This document shows positions 10,950 to 20,432 of a stretch of DNA of 57,617 nucleotides, in pieces; the stretch's first letter is position 1, and each line of letters begins with the position of its first letter. Position numbers and translations under genes: made by a program. Below the pieces are notes generated by a model. The model saw only the letters and a program-made list of their open reading frames with translations. It did no database searches and was not told the DNA's origin. The DNA comes from Candidatus Aminicenantales bacterium (GTDB lineage: Bacteria > Acidobacteriota > Aminicenantia > Aminicenantales > Saccharicenantaceae): NCBI GenBank assembly GCA_049512315.1, contig JBEKXF010000021.1, forward strand, positions 1 to 57,617. The letters are read 5' to 3'.

Positions 10950-13424
10950 ATGAAATGGATCCGGGCTGTCGTCTCACTCCTTCTCGCGGCCGCGATCTTC
11001 TGGGGATTCGACAACCGCCACGGCATGGTCCCGCCCGCGGGCAAGCTCCTCAACCCCTTCGCCGGGTTCTGGCAGAACGGGACCCGGGGAGATTCTCTGC
11101 CCGCGGACCTCGCCGTCCCCGGGCTCAGGGACGAGGTCCGCGTGGCCTGGGACGGCCGGCACGTACCCCACATTTTTGCCCGGAACGACCACGACCTCTA
11201 CCTGGCCCAGGGGTACATCTCCGCCTATCTCCGGCTCTGGCAAATGGAATTCGAACTGCTTTATTCCGCCGGCCGAATCTCCGAGATCGTCGGGCCCATG
11301 GGCATCCAACAGGACCGTTTCAACCGCCGGTTCGGGATGGTCTGGGCCGCGGAAAACGCCCTCAACAAGTTCCGGGACGATCCGAAGACCCGGGAGGCCG
11401 TCGCGGCCTACTCCGCCGGGGTCAACGACTACATCAGGAGTCTCGGCCGAAAAAATCTGCCCCTTGAATATAAAATCCTGGACTACGAGCCTGAACCCTG
11501 GACCGAGCTCAAGTGCGCCCTCCTCCTCAAATCCATGGCCTACGTTCTGGCGTCCTACAACCAGGACGCCGCTATGACGGTCATGCGGAAAGCTCTGGGC
11601 GAACCGGTGATGAGCGAGCTTTTTCCCTACCAGCCCCCCCTCGTGAGCCCCGTCATCCCGCCGGGCACGGCCTGGGATTTCACTCCCGTTCCCCTTCCCA
11701 ACCCCAAACCGCAAGGAGACGGGGGGAGCAAGGATGAAATCTCCGGCCGGGTCTTTCCGGACGCCGGAACGGCGGGCTTCATGCCCATCGGCACCCGCCC
11801 GTCGCCCGATGTGGGCAGCAACAATTGGGCGGTCTCCGGACGCCTGACGCGGAGCGGATCCCCGATTCTCTGCAACGACATGCATCTCGGCCTGACCCTG
11901 CCGGCCGTCTGGTACGAGGTCCAGCTCGCGGCCCCGGGCCTCAATGCCAGGGGCGTTTCGTTCCCCGGGGCGCCGCTCATCATCGCCGGATACAACGAGA
12001 ACATCGCCTGGGGATTCACGAACGGGACGGATGATGTCCTCGACTGGTATGCCGTCAAGTTCAGGGACGAAAGCCGGGGCGAGTATCTCTATGACGGCCA
12101 GTGGCGCAAGACGTCGATCCGCGAGGAGCGGATCAAGGTCCGCGGGGGACGGGACGTTATCGATAAAGTCTTCTACACGCACCAGGGCCCCGTCGTCCGC
12201 TTGAAAGGCGAGGCGAATTTTCCCGCCGACGTCCCGGAAGAGGCGGCCCTGCGCTGGCTCGCCCACGACCCGTCCAACGAGTTCATGACAATCGACGGCC
12301 TCGGCCGGGCAAAGAATTACGCCGATTATCTCAAGGCGCTGGAATATTGGGATTGCCCCTCCCAGAACATCATCTTCGCCGACAGGGAAGGGACGATCGC
12401 CATCTGGCATAGCGGCAAGTACCCGCTCCGGTGGAAAGGTCAGGGGCGCTACGTTCTCGATGGTTCGGACCCCGCCGACAATTGGCAGGGCTGGGTCCCG
12501 CGGGCCCACAACCCCCATGTCAAGGATCCTGAGCGGGGTTTCGTGAGCTCGGCCAATCAGATGGCGGCCGATGCCCGGTATCCTTATTACCTGGGCTGGG
12601 ATTACGCGTCATACGAACGCGGCGCCCGGATCAACGAGATCCTGGGGTCCGCGAAAGGCCTCACGCCTGAGGACATGATCCGGATGCAGGCGGACGTCCT
12701 GGACCTGAGGGCCCGGGCGATCCTGCCGCGCGTGATCGGCCTCATCAGCGAGAAGCTGCTCACGGAGACGGCGCGGCGGAGCTTGGACGAGCTCAGGAGC
12801 TGGAATTTCGAAAGCCGGGCCGGGTTCATCGCTCCGACGATCTTCAAGCAGTTCTGGAACGACCTCAACGCCCTGACCTGGGACGACGAAAAGAAAGGCG
12901 GGATGGCCCGGATGACCTGGCCGGCGAGCCAGGTCATGGTCGACCTCATCCTCAACCACCCCGGCTCGGAGTTCTTCGATGATCGGACAACCCCTGAGCG
13001 GGAAGGTTTGGCCGACATCGCCGACCGGGCCTTCCGGGAGGCCGTGGCCGCACTCGAGAAAAGGTGGGGGCCCTTCGGGCCGGCCTGGAAGTGGGGAAAA
13101 ACCAAGGGGACCCGCATCCGGCATCTCGCCGAGATCCCGGGCCTGGGTCTGGAAGGGCTGGAGGCCGACGGCGACAGCGTCACGATCGACGCCATCAGCA
13201 TGGCCTGGGCTCCCTCGTGGCGGATGATCGTCGAGCTGGGCCCGGAGGTCAAGGCCTGGGGGATCTATCCCGGCGGGCAGTCCGGCAACCCGGGTTCGAA
13301 ATTCTACGACGACATGGTGGAAGATTGGCTGTCGGGAAAGCCGGACGAGCTCGTCTTCCTCAAGTCGGCCGAGGAGCCGCATCCCGGGGTGGTCGCCCGG
13401 ACGACCATGCGAGGTGGAAAATGA
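10950..13424 (+). CDS. Penicillin acylase family (Ntn-hydrolase) protein
   Basis: VPHIFA, AQGY, GSNNWAVSG (catalytic Ser), NDMHL, SANQ, PGGQSGNP; N-terminal signal/anchor. Alternative start 10932. Confidence 0.95.
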   Translation: MKWIRAVVSLLLAAAIFWGFDNRHGMVPPAGKLLNPFAGFWQNGTRGDSLPADLAVPGLRDEVRVAWDGRHVPHIFARNDHDLYLAQGYISAYLRLWQMEFELLYSAGRISEIVGPMGIQQDRFNRRFGMVWAAENALNKFRDDPKTREAVAAYSAGVNDYIRSLGRKNLPLEYKILDYEPEPWTELKCALLLKSMAYVLASYNQDAAMTVMRKALGEPVMSELFPYQPPLVSPVIPPGTAWDFTPVPLPNPKPQGDGGSKDEISGRVFPDAGTAGFMPIGTRPSPDVGSNNWAVSGRLTRSGSPILCNDMHLGLTLPAVWYEVQLAAPGLNARGVSFPGAPLIIAGYNENIAWGFTNGTDDVLDWYAVKFRDESRGEYLYDGQWRKTSIREERIKVRGGRDVIDKVFYTHQGPVVRLKGEANFPADVPEEAALRWLAHDPSNEFMTIDGLGRAKNYADYLKALEYWDCPSQNIIFADREGTIAIWHSGKYPLRWKGQGRYVLDGSDPADNWQGWVPRAHNPHVKDPERGFVSSANQMAADARYPYYLGWDYASYERGARINEILGSAKGLTPEDMIRMQADVLDLRARAILPRVIGLISEKLLTETARRSLDELRSWNFESRAGFIAPTIFKQFWNDLNALTWDDEKKGGMARMTWPASQVMVDLILNHPGSEFFDDRTTPEREGLADIADRAFREAVAALEKRWGPFGPAWKWGKTKGTRIRHLAEIPGLGLEGLEADGDSVTIDAISMAWAPSWRMIVELGPEVKAWGIYPGGQSGNPGSKFYDDMVEDWLSGKPDELVFLKSAEEPHPGVVARTTMRGGK

Positions 13425-13765
13425 TCGCCGTCCTCGTTTGCCTTCTGATCATGCTGGCTCTGCACATCCTAACGCCGTATTGGTGGTGGGTCATGATCGT
13501 GCCCTTCGCCTACGGAGCGGCGGCGGCCCGCTCGGGAAGGAAGGCGTTGCGGACGGCGTTCTTCTCGGCGGGGCTGCTGTGGCTGGGGGCGAGCCTCTAC
13601 TTCTTCATGACCGGGAGCCGGATCATTGCGGAAAGGATGGCCATGATGTTCGGCCTCGAGCGATCCTGGCTGATGATCCTGGCAACGGCGCTCATCGCGG
13701 CCGTCGCCGCGGCCGTTGCCGGCTACGCCGGATACACCGTCCGGGCGATTTTCAAGAAAAGTTAA
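13421..13765 (+). CDS. Small hydrophobic membrane protein (114 aa) coupled to the acylase
   Basis: ATGA overlap with the acylase stop; MIAVLVCLLIMLALHILTPYWWWVMIVPF..., about 4 hydrophobic segments. 3' part of ORF 13064..13765. Confidence 0.85.
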   Translation: MIAVLVCLLIMLALHILTPYWWWVMIVPFAYGAAAARSGRKALRTAFFSAGLLWLGASLYFFMTGSRIIAERMAMMFGLERSWLMILATALIAAVAAAVAGYAGYTVRAIFKKS

Positions 13766-13819
13766 CCTATTTCCCCGGCGACCTTGGCCGTCGATCCGCC
13801 GGCTCTATCGGTTCAGGGG

Positions 13820-15040
13820 CTATTTCAGATTGCCGAACTGGAGCTTGAAATCCGCCTTCATCTGCATGTCGGTCAGGAATTGATGAGGGGTTTTATAGAT
13901 TTTCCTCAATCTGGGATTCGGGAGAAACTCGAGCGCTTCACGAAAATTTTTTTGAGTGATGAACAACGGGTCCACGGAAACGCCCTCGTATTCGCTGAAG
14001 TTCTTCTGGAAAATATACCCGTCGCAGAGCGCATCCAAAGTGAGGTTGTCGTTGGCGGCGGCGAAGATTGAGCCCGTGTCCCGAAGCCGGCCGAAGGGCG
14101 TGCCGACGACATCGAAGCCGACCCGCTTGTCCTTGAGCCCTCTCATGGCGGCGTCGATGGCCCCGTCCACGGGATAGCCAACGCTCCCGTGCCTCTCCCG
14201 TGCCGGCCAAGGGAAATGAAGCTGGATAGAGAACACCCGCTCCCCGATCTTCGCATAGACGATATTCCCCATCCGGCTGACGACGAACGCCCTGACCTTT
14301 CTCGTCTGGAAATCGTAGTCGGGCTCGTGAAAACGGGTGAACGCGTGGATCCCCCCGGAATAGATCAGGGCTTTTTTCTTCTTTTTGACGAATTCGTCGA
14401 TGATGACCTTCGCCATATGGTCATCTCGCTCCCCCTGGAAAAAAACATTTTTCCAGAGTTGCGTGGGCATGCTTTCCCTGACCAGGGGCCAGTTGGCACG
14501 GTAATCGAGATGGACAATCCGGAATTTCGGGGCGTCCAAGGGAAGCGATCTGTTCAGCTCCCAGGCTTTCCGGTAGATGTCCAGGTATTCCTTGTAAGGC
14601 CAATAGGGTCCCCATTTGAACATGAGCCAGCGGGCCAGGTTTTTATCGTAGGCCTCGGCCGTAACGAGGCGGTCCGCCTTATCCTGGTATTCGTGACAGC
14701 CGAATTCGATGCCGAGCTCGAAGACACCAATCCTGTAAAGGAGCGGGATGAGGCTTTGGACAAGCTCCACATCGTGCTTGAACTTGTGTCCTTCGCCGAG
14801 GAACACGAGATCATGGTCGCGGAACTTGGCGATGACGTATTCTTCGGGGGCCTGCCAGTGGGACTTCAGATAGAGGACGAGAGCATCCTTCTCCTCCAGG
14901 GGCACCCCGCCTGTTGACTCATGGGTGCCGGCCAGCCCGAAAAAGAGGACAAGGGGAATCAACAGCGACAGTTTTTTGGCCAATTCTGCGAAAGCCCGCT
15001 TTTCTTTGTGCCCCAAGTTCCCCCGTCTGACAGTAAACAT
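13820..15040 (-). CDS. Exported hypothetical protein, possible ChaN/EreA/Tiki-like fold
   Basis: Hydrophobic leader; LVFLGEGH, LGIEF, RDDHMA, YSGGIHA follow the GE-x-H / E / RD-x2-MA / G-x2-H pattern of that superfamily. Start uncertain. Confidence 0.6.
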   Translation of the reverse strand: MFTVRRGNLGHKEKRAFAELAKKLSLLIPLVLFFGLAGTHESTGGVPLEEKDALVLYLKSHWQAPEEYVIAKFRDHDLVFLGEGHKFKHDVELVQSLIPLLYRIGVFELGIEFGCHEYQDKADRLVTAEAYDKNLARWLMFKWGPYWPYKEYLDIYRKAWELNRSLPLDAPKFRIVHLDYRANWPLVRESMPTQLWKNVFFQGERDDHMAKVIIDEFVKKKKKALIYSGGIHAFTRFHEPDYDFQTRKVRAFVVSRMGNIVYAKIGERVFSIQLHFPWPARERHGSVGYPVDGAIDAAMRGLKDKRVGFDVVGTPFGRLRDTGSIFAAANDNLTLDALCDGYIFQKNFSEYEGVSVDPLFITQKNFREALEFLPNPRLRKIYKTPHQFLTDMQMKADFKLQFGNLK

Positions 15041-15129
15041 AGCGCCGCCCGATGAAAGATGTCAAGTCGATGGTATTTCAAAAGGATGGCCGATCCGATA
15101 AGATAGCCTTGAACGAACCGGAGGCGCAC

Positions 15130-15471
15130 ATGAAGAAACACGCGTGGGTCAAAGAGTTCCCCGGCGCGGTCACGGTTTGTGATAAAGAAGGCCGGATCAT
15201 CGAGATGAACCAAAAGGCCGTCGAGGCCTTCGCGGCGGACGGCGGCGAGAAACTCATCGGAACCAACGTCCTCGACTGCCACCCCGAACCATCGCGAGCG
15301 AAGCTCAAGGAGATGATGGAGGCCGGGCGGACAAACGTCTACACGATCCAGAAGAAGGGAAAGAGAAAGCTCATCTACCAGTCGCCATGGTCCGAGGCCG
15401 GCCGGTACGCGGGCTTCGTCGAGTTCTCCGTCGAGATCCCCTGGGACATGCCCCATTTCAACCGGGACTAG
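15130..15471 (+). CDS. Stand-alone PAS domain protein
   Basis: AVTVCDKEGRIIEMN, LIGTNVLDCHP; ATG 15130 after GGAGG. Confidence 0.85.
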   Translation: MKKHAWVKEFPGAVTVCDKEGRIIEMNQKAVEAFAADGGEKLIGTNVLDCHPEPSRAKLKEMMEAGRTNVYTIQKKGKRKLIYQSPWSEAGRYAGFVEFSVEIPWDMPHFNRD

Positions 15472-15476
15472 CGGGG

Positions 15477-16841
15477 TCAGGCCGGCGAGCCGTACTTCTT
15501 CTTAAAGATCAGGTAGATCGGGATGCCGATGAGGACGGTTGCGATCGCGATGGACGATTCCTTGGGCCGTTGGAGAAAAGAAAGGACGAGGATCGTTACG
15601 CCCGTCAGGATGTAGGCCGCCGGGACCACGGGATAGCCCGGGACCTTGATGACGCTCCGGCCGGACCGCCTCAACTTGAAGACCCCGAGAACGGCCAGGA
15701 TCGGGAAAATCCCGAGGGAGAATCCCATGTAGGTCAGGAGCTGGTCGAACCTCCCCAAGAGAACGAGCGCCGCGGCGATCAGCCCCTGAAGGACGATCGA
15801 CCGGGACGGGACCGCGAATCTCGGACTCACCTTGGCCAGCGACTTGAAGAAGACGCCGTCCTTGGCCATGGAATAATAAACCCTGGGCCCGAGGATGATG
15901 AACGCGCTCAGCGACGAGAACAGAGCGAAGGAGATGAGGACCGAGATGACCGTCTCCGCGGACTTTCCGAAGAGGTTCCCGGCCGCCAGCCCGCCGATCG
16001 AGATGACCCCTTCCATGCCGGCGGGCGGGACCGCGTAGATATAGAACAAGTTCAGGGCGAGATAGAGAACCACGACGGCTCCGGTCCCGAGGAGAAGCGA
16101 CCGCGGCAGGTTCCGCGCCGGGTTCTTGACTTCGGAACCGACATAAGCCGAGGCGTTCCAGCCGCTGTAGGCGAACATGATCCACATAAGAGCCAGGCCC
16201 ATGGTCTTCCAGCCGGCGAAATCGAAGCCGAAGCCGGCGGAGGACGTCAAGTGGCTCAGGCTCCCCTTTCCTACCGCGAAGCCCGCGGCGACGAGGGCCA
16301 CGATGAGGAGGATCTTGAGCCCGGTCAGGAGATTCTGGACCCTGGCCCCGAGCTCGAGTCCCCGCGTGTGGAGGAAGGTGAAGGCGGCGATGACCAGGAT
16401 GGCGTAGACTTTTTTCATGATCGCCGCCTCGGAAGCGCCGGCGAAGATCCCCACGTGCAGGATGCCCGGAAAGGCCCTCGTCAGGTATTCCGTGAAGCCG
16501 ATGGCCGAGGCGGCGATGGGGGCGGAGAAGCCGACGAAAAAGGACACCCAGCCGGCGAGAAAGCCCAGGGCCGGATGGAAGAGCCGCGAGAGGAAAGCGT
16601 ACTCGCCTCCCGCATGCGGGATGGTTGCGCCGAGCTCGCCGTAGCTCAGGGCGCCGCAGAGGGCGATGAGGCCGCCGACGGCCCACAGGGCGAGCATGAC
16701 CGCGGCGCTGTGGAGGTCTTTCATCAGCAGGCCGGAGGTCGTGAAGATGCCGGCCCCGACCATGTTGGCAATGACGATGTTGGTCAGCGGAAAGAGGCCG
16801 AGCTTGCGCTGGAGGCCCTCGACGCTTTCTTTTCCGTCCAT
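15477..16841 (-). CDS. APC family amino acid permease
   Basis: IANMVGAGIF, GALSYGELG, PHAGGEY, FAYSGWN, EVKNPARNLPR; about 12 TM helices. Confidence 0.95.
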   Translation of the reverse strand: MDGKESVEGLQRKLGLFPLTNIVIANMVGAGIFTTSGLLMKDLHSAAVMLALWAVGGLIALCGALSYGELGATIPHAGGEYAFLSRLFHPALGFLAGWVSFFVGFSAPIAASAIGFTEYLTRAFPGILHVGIFAGASEAAIMKKVYAILVIAAFTFLHTRGLELGARVQNLLTGLKILLIVALVAAGFAVGKGSLSHLTSSAGFGFDFAGWKTMGLALMWIMFAYSGWNASAYVGSEVKNPARNLPRSLLLGTGAVVVLYLALNLFYIYAVPPAGMEGVISIGGLAAGNLFGKSAETVISVLISFALFSSLSAFIILGPRVYYSMAKDGVFFKSLAKVSPRFAVPSRSIVLQGLIAAALVLLGRFDQLLTYMGFSLGIFPILAVLGVFKLRRSGRSVIKVPGYPVVPAAYILTGVTILVLSFLQRPKESSIAIATVLIGIPIYLIFKKKYGSPA

Positions 16842-16973
16842 GCTGTCACCTTATGAGTCGGCTGGTCCGGGCATTGTCTTGCTTTATATGCCAGCGCGGG
16901 GGGCAAAGTCAACGCGCAGCCTAGCCTCCCGCGCCAGCCTTGACATCCGATTCCCCCGGGTCCAGGATATTCG

Positions 16974-17366
16974 GTGATGAAAAGCAGGGCCGTTTTCTTT
17001 TATCTTCTGATGCTCCTGGCTCATATCGCCCATGTCTTCGAGGAGATCTGGGCAAGATTCTGGATTCTTCAGAGGATCGGGCTGGCCGGATTCCTCGCGA
17101 TCAACTGGGTCCTCTTTTTGATCCCGGTGGCTTTTTTATTCTTTATCCTCAACCGAAAACGCTGGGCGTATTGGCTCGGCTTCCTCTACGCCGGATTCAT
17201 GGGACTCCAGGGACTCGGCCACAATATCGCCACGATCGTGACTGGCCGCTATTTCGATGGCTATGCCGGCGGATTCAGCGGGCTTGTCATGCTCGTCGTC
17301 GCCTGGCCGCTCATTCACCACCTCAGGAAAGAAATGCCTGGGCGCAAAGGCCCGGCCCTTTCCTAA
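16974..17366 (+). CDS. HXXEE domain membrane protein
   Basis: HVFEE motif after the first helix, about 4 TM segments, later conserved His (GLGHNI). Start is GTG 16974 or ATG 16977. Confidence 0.8.
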   Translation: MMKSRAVFFYLLMLLAHIAHVFEEIWARFWILQRIGLAGFLAINWVLFLIPVAFLFFILNRKRWAYWLGFLYAGFMGLQGLGHNIATIVTGRYFDGYAGGFSGLVMLVVAWPLIHHLRKEMPGRKGPALS

Positions 17367-17373
17367 GCTGCGG

Positions 17374-17460
17374 ATTTCGGTGGCGCACAACTCAATACAC
17401 TAAATTATGGGAGGACTCGGCCGAACTCTATTTCGGTAATGAGTTGTGTGTCACCGAAAT
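17374..17460. repeat. 87-bp AT-rich inverted-repeat element, copy A (REP-doublet/MITE-like)
   Basis: Arms ATTTCGGTGGCGCACAACTCAATAC (17374-17398) and GTAATGAGTTGTGTGTCACCGAAAT (17436-17460), 22/25 complementary; related copy at 46657. Confidence 0.8.
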
Positions 17461-17590
17461 AACCGAAATATTGTTGCCTTTCTTATTGAAATGCCGCCGC
17501 ATTTTTTCCATAATACGGCCTTGAGACGAGCGATGTCCGTTTCCCAGGGTTCCGCTTCCCCAGGCCCCGCCTGCCAAGGAGCTCCCTTCG

Positions 17591-18754
17591 TTGCCTGAGT
17601 TCCTGGAGTTCCGCGGCGTCTCCAAGCGTTTCGGAACCATCCAGGCGGTCGCCGATGTCTCCCTCGAAATAAAAAAAGGTGAATTCTTTTCCCTCCTCGG
17701 GCCGAGCGGCTGCGGCAAAACGACCATGCTCCGCCTCGCCGCCGGGTTCGAAGAACCCGACTCCGGCCGCGTCTTCCTCGACGGCCGGGACATCACCGAC
17801 CTTCCTCCGAACGAGCGGAAGGTCAACACGATCTTCCAGAGCTATGCCCTCTTCCCCCACATGACGGTCCGCGACAACATCGCCTTCGGCCTGGCCATCG
17901 CCAAGCGCCCGAAAAAGGAGATCGCCGCCGAAGTCGAGAAGATGCTCCACCTCATCCAGATGACGGACCAGGCCGATAAAAAACCCGACCTCCTCTCCGG
18001 CGGCCAGAAGCAGCGGGTCGCCGTCGCCCGGGCCCTCGTCAACAAGCCCGACGTCCTCCTCCTCGACGAGCCGCTGGCGGCCCTGGACCTCAAGCTCCGC
18101 CAGAAGATGCTGATCGAGCTCGACCTCATCCACGACGAGGTCGGGATCACCTTTCTCTACGTCACCCACGACCAGGCGGAAGCCATGAGCCTAAGCGACC
18201 GGATCGCGGTCATGGACAGCGGCCGGATCGAGCAGGTGGGCGCGCCGGCCGAGATCTACGAATCGCCCCGGTCGAGCTTCGTCGCCGCCTTCATCGGCGA
18301 CACGAATTTCCTCGAGGGCCGCGTCCTCGACTCCCCCGACCGCGAATACTGCCGCCTGGCCATTGCGGGCCTGCCCGAAATCCTCTGTTTCAACGACAAG
18401 CTCATCCAGCCCGGGCAGCCGATCTATCTCAGCATCCGCCCGGAAAAGGTCCACATCTCCCGCGAACGGCCCGAGGAGAAGCCCCAACGGAATTACCTCC
18501 CAGCCGTCGTCGAGGACGTCATCTACCTCGGCTCGACGACGAAATACTGGGTCCGGGCGGCGGGCTACAGGATCCAGATCCTCCGGCAACACTCTCGCTA
18601 TTTCCTCGACGAGAAACCCCTTCGCTGGAAGGACGACGTCTGGATCTGGTGGCATGCCGACGACGGCTTCATGCTCGACCATTTCCGGAAGGCGGACGAG
18701 GGCCTGCTCGCCGTCCCGCCGCAGAAGGTCGGAGAGCCCTTCAACGGCAAATAG
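17591..18754 (+). CDS. potA: Spermidine/putrescine ABC transporter ATPase
   Basis: GPSGCGKTT, FQSYALFPHM, LSGGQKQR, LLLDEPL, VTHDQ; TTG start after AAGGAG. Confidence 0.93.
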   Translation: MPEFLEFRGVSKRFGTIQAVADVSLEIKKGEFFSLLGPSGCGKTTMLRLAAGFEEPDSGRVFLDGRDITDLPPNERKVNTIFQSYALFPHMTVRDNIAFGLAIAKRPKKEIAAEVEKMLHLIQMTDQADKKPDLLSGGQKQRVAVARALVNKPDVLLLDEPLAALDLKLRQKMLIELDLIHDEVGITFLYVTHDQAEAMSLSDRIAVMDSGRIEQVGAPAEIYESPRSSFVAAFIGDTNFLEGRVLDSPDREYCRLAIAGLPEILCFNDKLIQPGQPIYLSIRPEKVHISRERPEEKPQRNYLPAVVEDVIYLGSTTKYWVRAAGYRIQILRQHSRYFLDEKPLRWKDDVWIWWHADDGFMLDHFRKADEGLLAVPPQKVGEPFNGK

Positions 18755-19633
18755 ATGAAAAGAAACAAGCGGCGTCGGCTCCAGGAGTGGCTGATCTCGC
18801 TCCCGACCCTCTTCTGGCTGACCCTTTTCATCGTCATCCCGACCCTGCTCGTCTTCGCCATCGCCTTCCGCCCGGCCAACCCTTACGGCGGCATCGGCCC
18901 GGGCTGGACGCTCGAAACGATCCGCGGCCTGTGGAATGCCGGCTACCTGGTCATCGCCTGGCGGACGGTCTGGATCAGCCTCCTGACGACCATTCTCTGC
19001 ATCCTGTTCTCGCTCCCGACCGGCTATTTTATCGCCCGGGCCCCCGAAAGATGGCGGAACCGGCTCCTGATGCTCATCATCGTGCCCTTCTGGACGAGCT
19101 TCCTCGTCCGGGTCTTCGCCTGGAAATCGCTCCTCCATCCCGAGGGCCTGATCAAGAAAGTCCTCGAGGCGATCGGCCTCGCCGGCCCCCAGACGACGCT
19201 CCTCTATCATCCGGCGGCGGTCGTCCTGGTCATGGTTTACACGTTCCTGCCGTTCACCATCCTCCCGATCTACGCGGCCGCGGAGAAGTTCGATTTCCGG
19301 CTGGTCGAGGCGGCCCGGGACCTCGGCGCCAAACCGTTCCAGGCCTTCCGGAAGATCTTCCTCCCGGGGATCCGGCGCGGCCTGATAACGGCGGTCCTGG
19401 TCGTCTTCATCCCCGCCCTGGGCTCCTACATCATCCCCGACCTTGTCGGCGGGCCGGCCAGCGAAATGCTCGGGAACAAGATCGCCCAGAGGGTCTTCGT
19501 CGACCGCAACCTCCCGCACGCGGCCGCCCTCTCGGCCGTCCTGATCCTGGCCGTCCTGGCGCCCCTCATCGCCGTACTCGTCATCCAACGGAAAAAGGGC
19601 AAGCCGGAGATCATCATCGGGGAGGCGCCGTGA
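18755..19633 (+). CDS. potB: Polyamine ABC transporter permease
   Basis: PFWTSFLVRVFAW, EAARDLGA loop; second gene of the operon. Confidence 0.92.
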   Translation: MKRNKRRRLQEWLISLPTLFWLTLFIVIPTLLVFAIAFRPANPYGGIGPGWTLETIRGLWNAGYLVIAWRTVWISLLTTILCILFSLPTGYFIARAPERWRNRLLMLIIVPFWTSFLVRVFAWKSLLHPEGLIKKVLEAIGLAGPQTTLLYHPAAVVLVMVYTFLPFTILPIYAAAEKFDFRLVEAARDLGAKPFQAFRKIFLPGIRRGLITAVLVVFIPALGSYIIPDLVGGPASEMLGNKIAQRVFVDRNLPHAAALSAVLILAVLAPLIAVLVIQRKKGKPEIIIGEAP

Positions 19634-20403
19634 AGAGGAGCCGTTTCCCGCTTGCCGTGACCATCCTCGTTCTCGGCTTCTTCTACCTGCCGATTCTCAT
19701 CCTCGTCGTCAATTCCTTCAACGCGGCCCGGTTTTCGAGCAGCTGGCAGGGGTTCACGCTCGATTGGTACGCGAGGCTCTTCCACTCCCCGGAGATCTGG
19801 CTGTCGGTCCGCAACACCCTCATCATCGCGGTGAGCTCGACGGCCGTTTCGCTCGTCCTGGGAACGGCGGCCGCCTTCGCCCTTCACCGCTACGCCGGAA
19901 GCCGGCTCCAGCGCGTCCATTACACTCTGATCTATACGCCGCTCGTCGTCCCCGAGATCCTGATGGGCATCAGCCTTCTCATGGCCTTCGTGGCGGCCGG
20001 GACCGGCCTCGGCCTGTTCACCATCTTCCTCGCCCACGTGACGTTCTCGGTGAGCTACGCCGCCATGGTCGTCCTGGCCCGGCTCCAGGACTTTGATTTC
20101 TCGCTCATCGAGGCCGCCCAGGACCTGGGCGCCAACGGGTGGCAGAGCACGCGCAAAGTCCTCCTCCCCTTGCTCCTCCCGGGGCTCGCGGCGGGCGGTC
20201 TCCTGGCTTTCACCCTGTCGGTGGACGATTTCGTCATCACCTTCTTCGTCGCCGGCCCGGGCTCGACGACGCTCCCCCTCCGGATCTACAGCATGATCAA
20301 GTACGGCAACCCGCCGATGATCAACGCCCTCTCGACCCTGCTCCTGGCCGTCACCCTCACGGCCGTCGTCACCAGCCAGAAGCTCGCCCGGTTGAAAAGA
20401 TAG
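19630..20403 (+). CDS. potC: Polyamine ABC transporter permease
   Basis: GTGA overlap; YLPILILVVNSFN, GFTLDWY, EAAQDLGA, FTLSVDDF. 3' part of ORF 18649..20403. Confidence 0.92.
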   Translation: MKRSRFPLAVTILVLGFFYLPILILVVNSFNAARFSSSWQGFTLDWYARLFHSPEIWLSVRNTLIIAVSSTAVSLVLGTAAAFALHRYAGSRLQRVHYTLIYTPLVVPEILMGISLLMAFVAAGTGLGLFTIFLAHVTFSVSYAAMVVLARLQDFDFSLIEAAQDLGANGWQSTRKVLLPLLLPGLAAGGLLAFTLSVDDFVITFFVAGPGSTTLPLRIYSMIKYGNPPMINALSTLLLAVTLTAVVTSQKLARLKR

Positions 20404-20432
20404 CCGTTCTGGGGTTAAATGGAAATTCCGCG

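Noticed and set aside
17374..17460. Integron attC or CRISPR interpretation of the 87-bp elements
   Set aside because: No RYYYAAC/GTTRRRY boxes, no tandem array with spacers, no intI or cas genes; the copies are 29 kb apart.
17533..17598. Short upstream ORF MSVSQGSASPGPACQGAPFVA overlapping the potA start
   Set aside because: No clear RBS or regulatory codon pattern; expected by chance.
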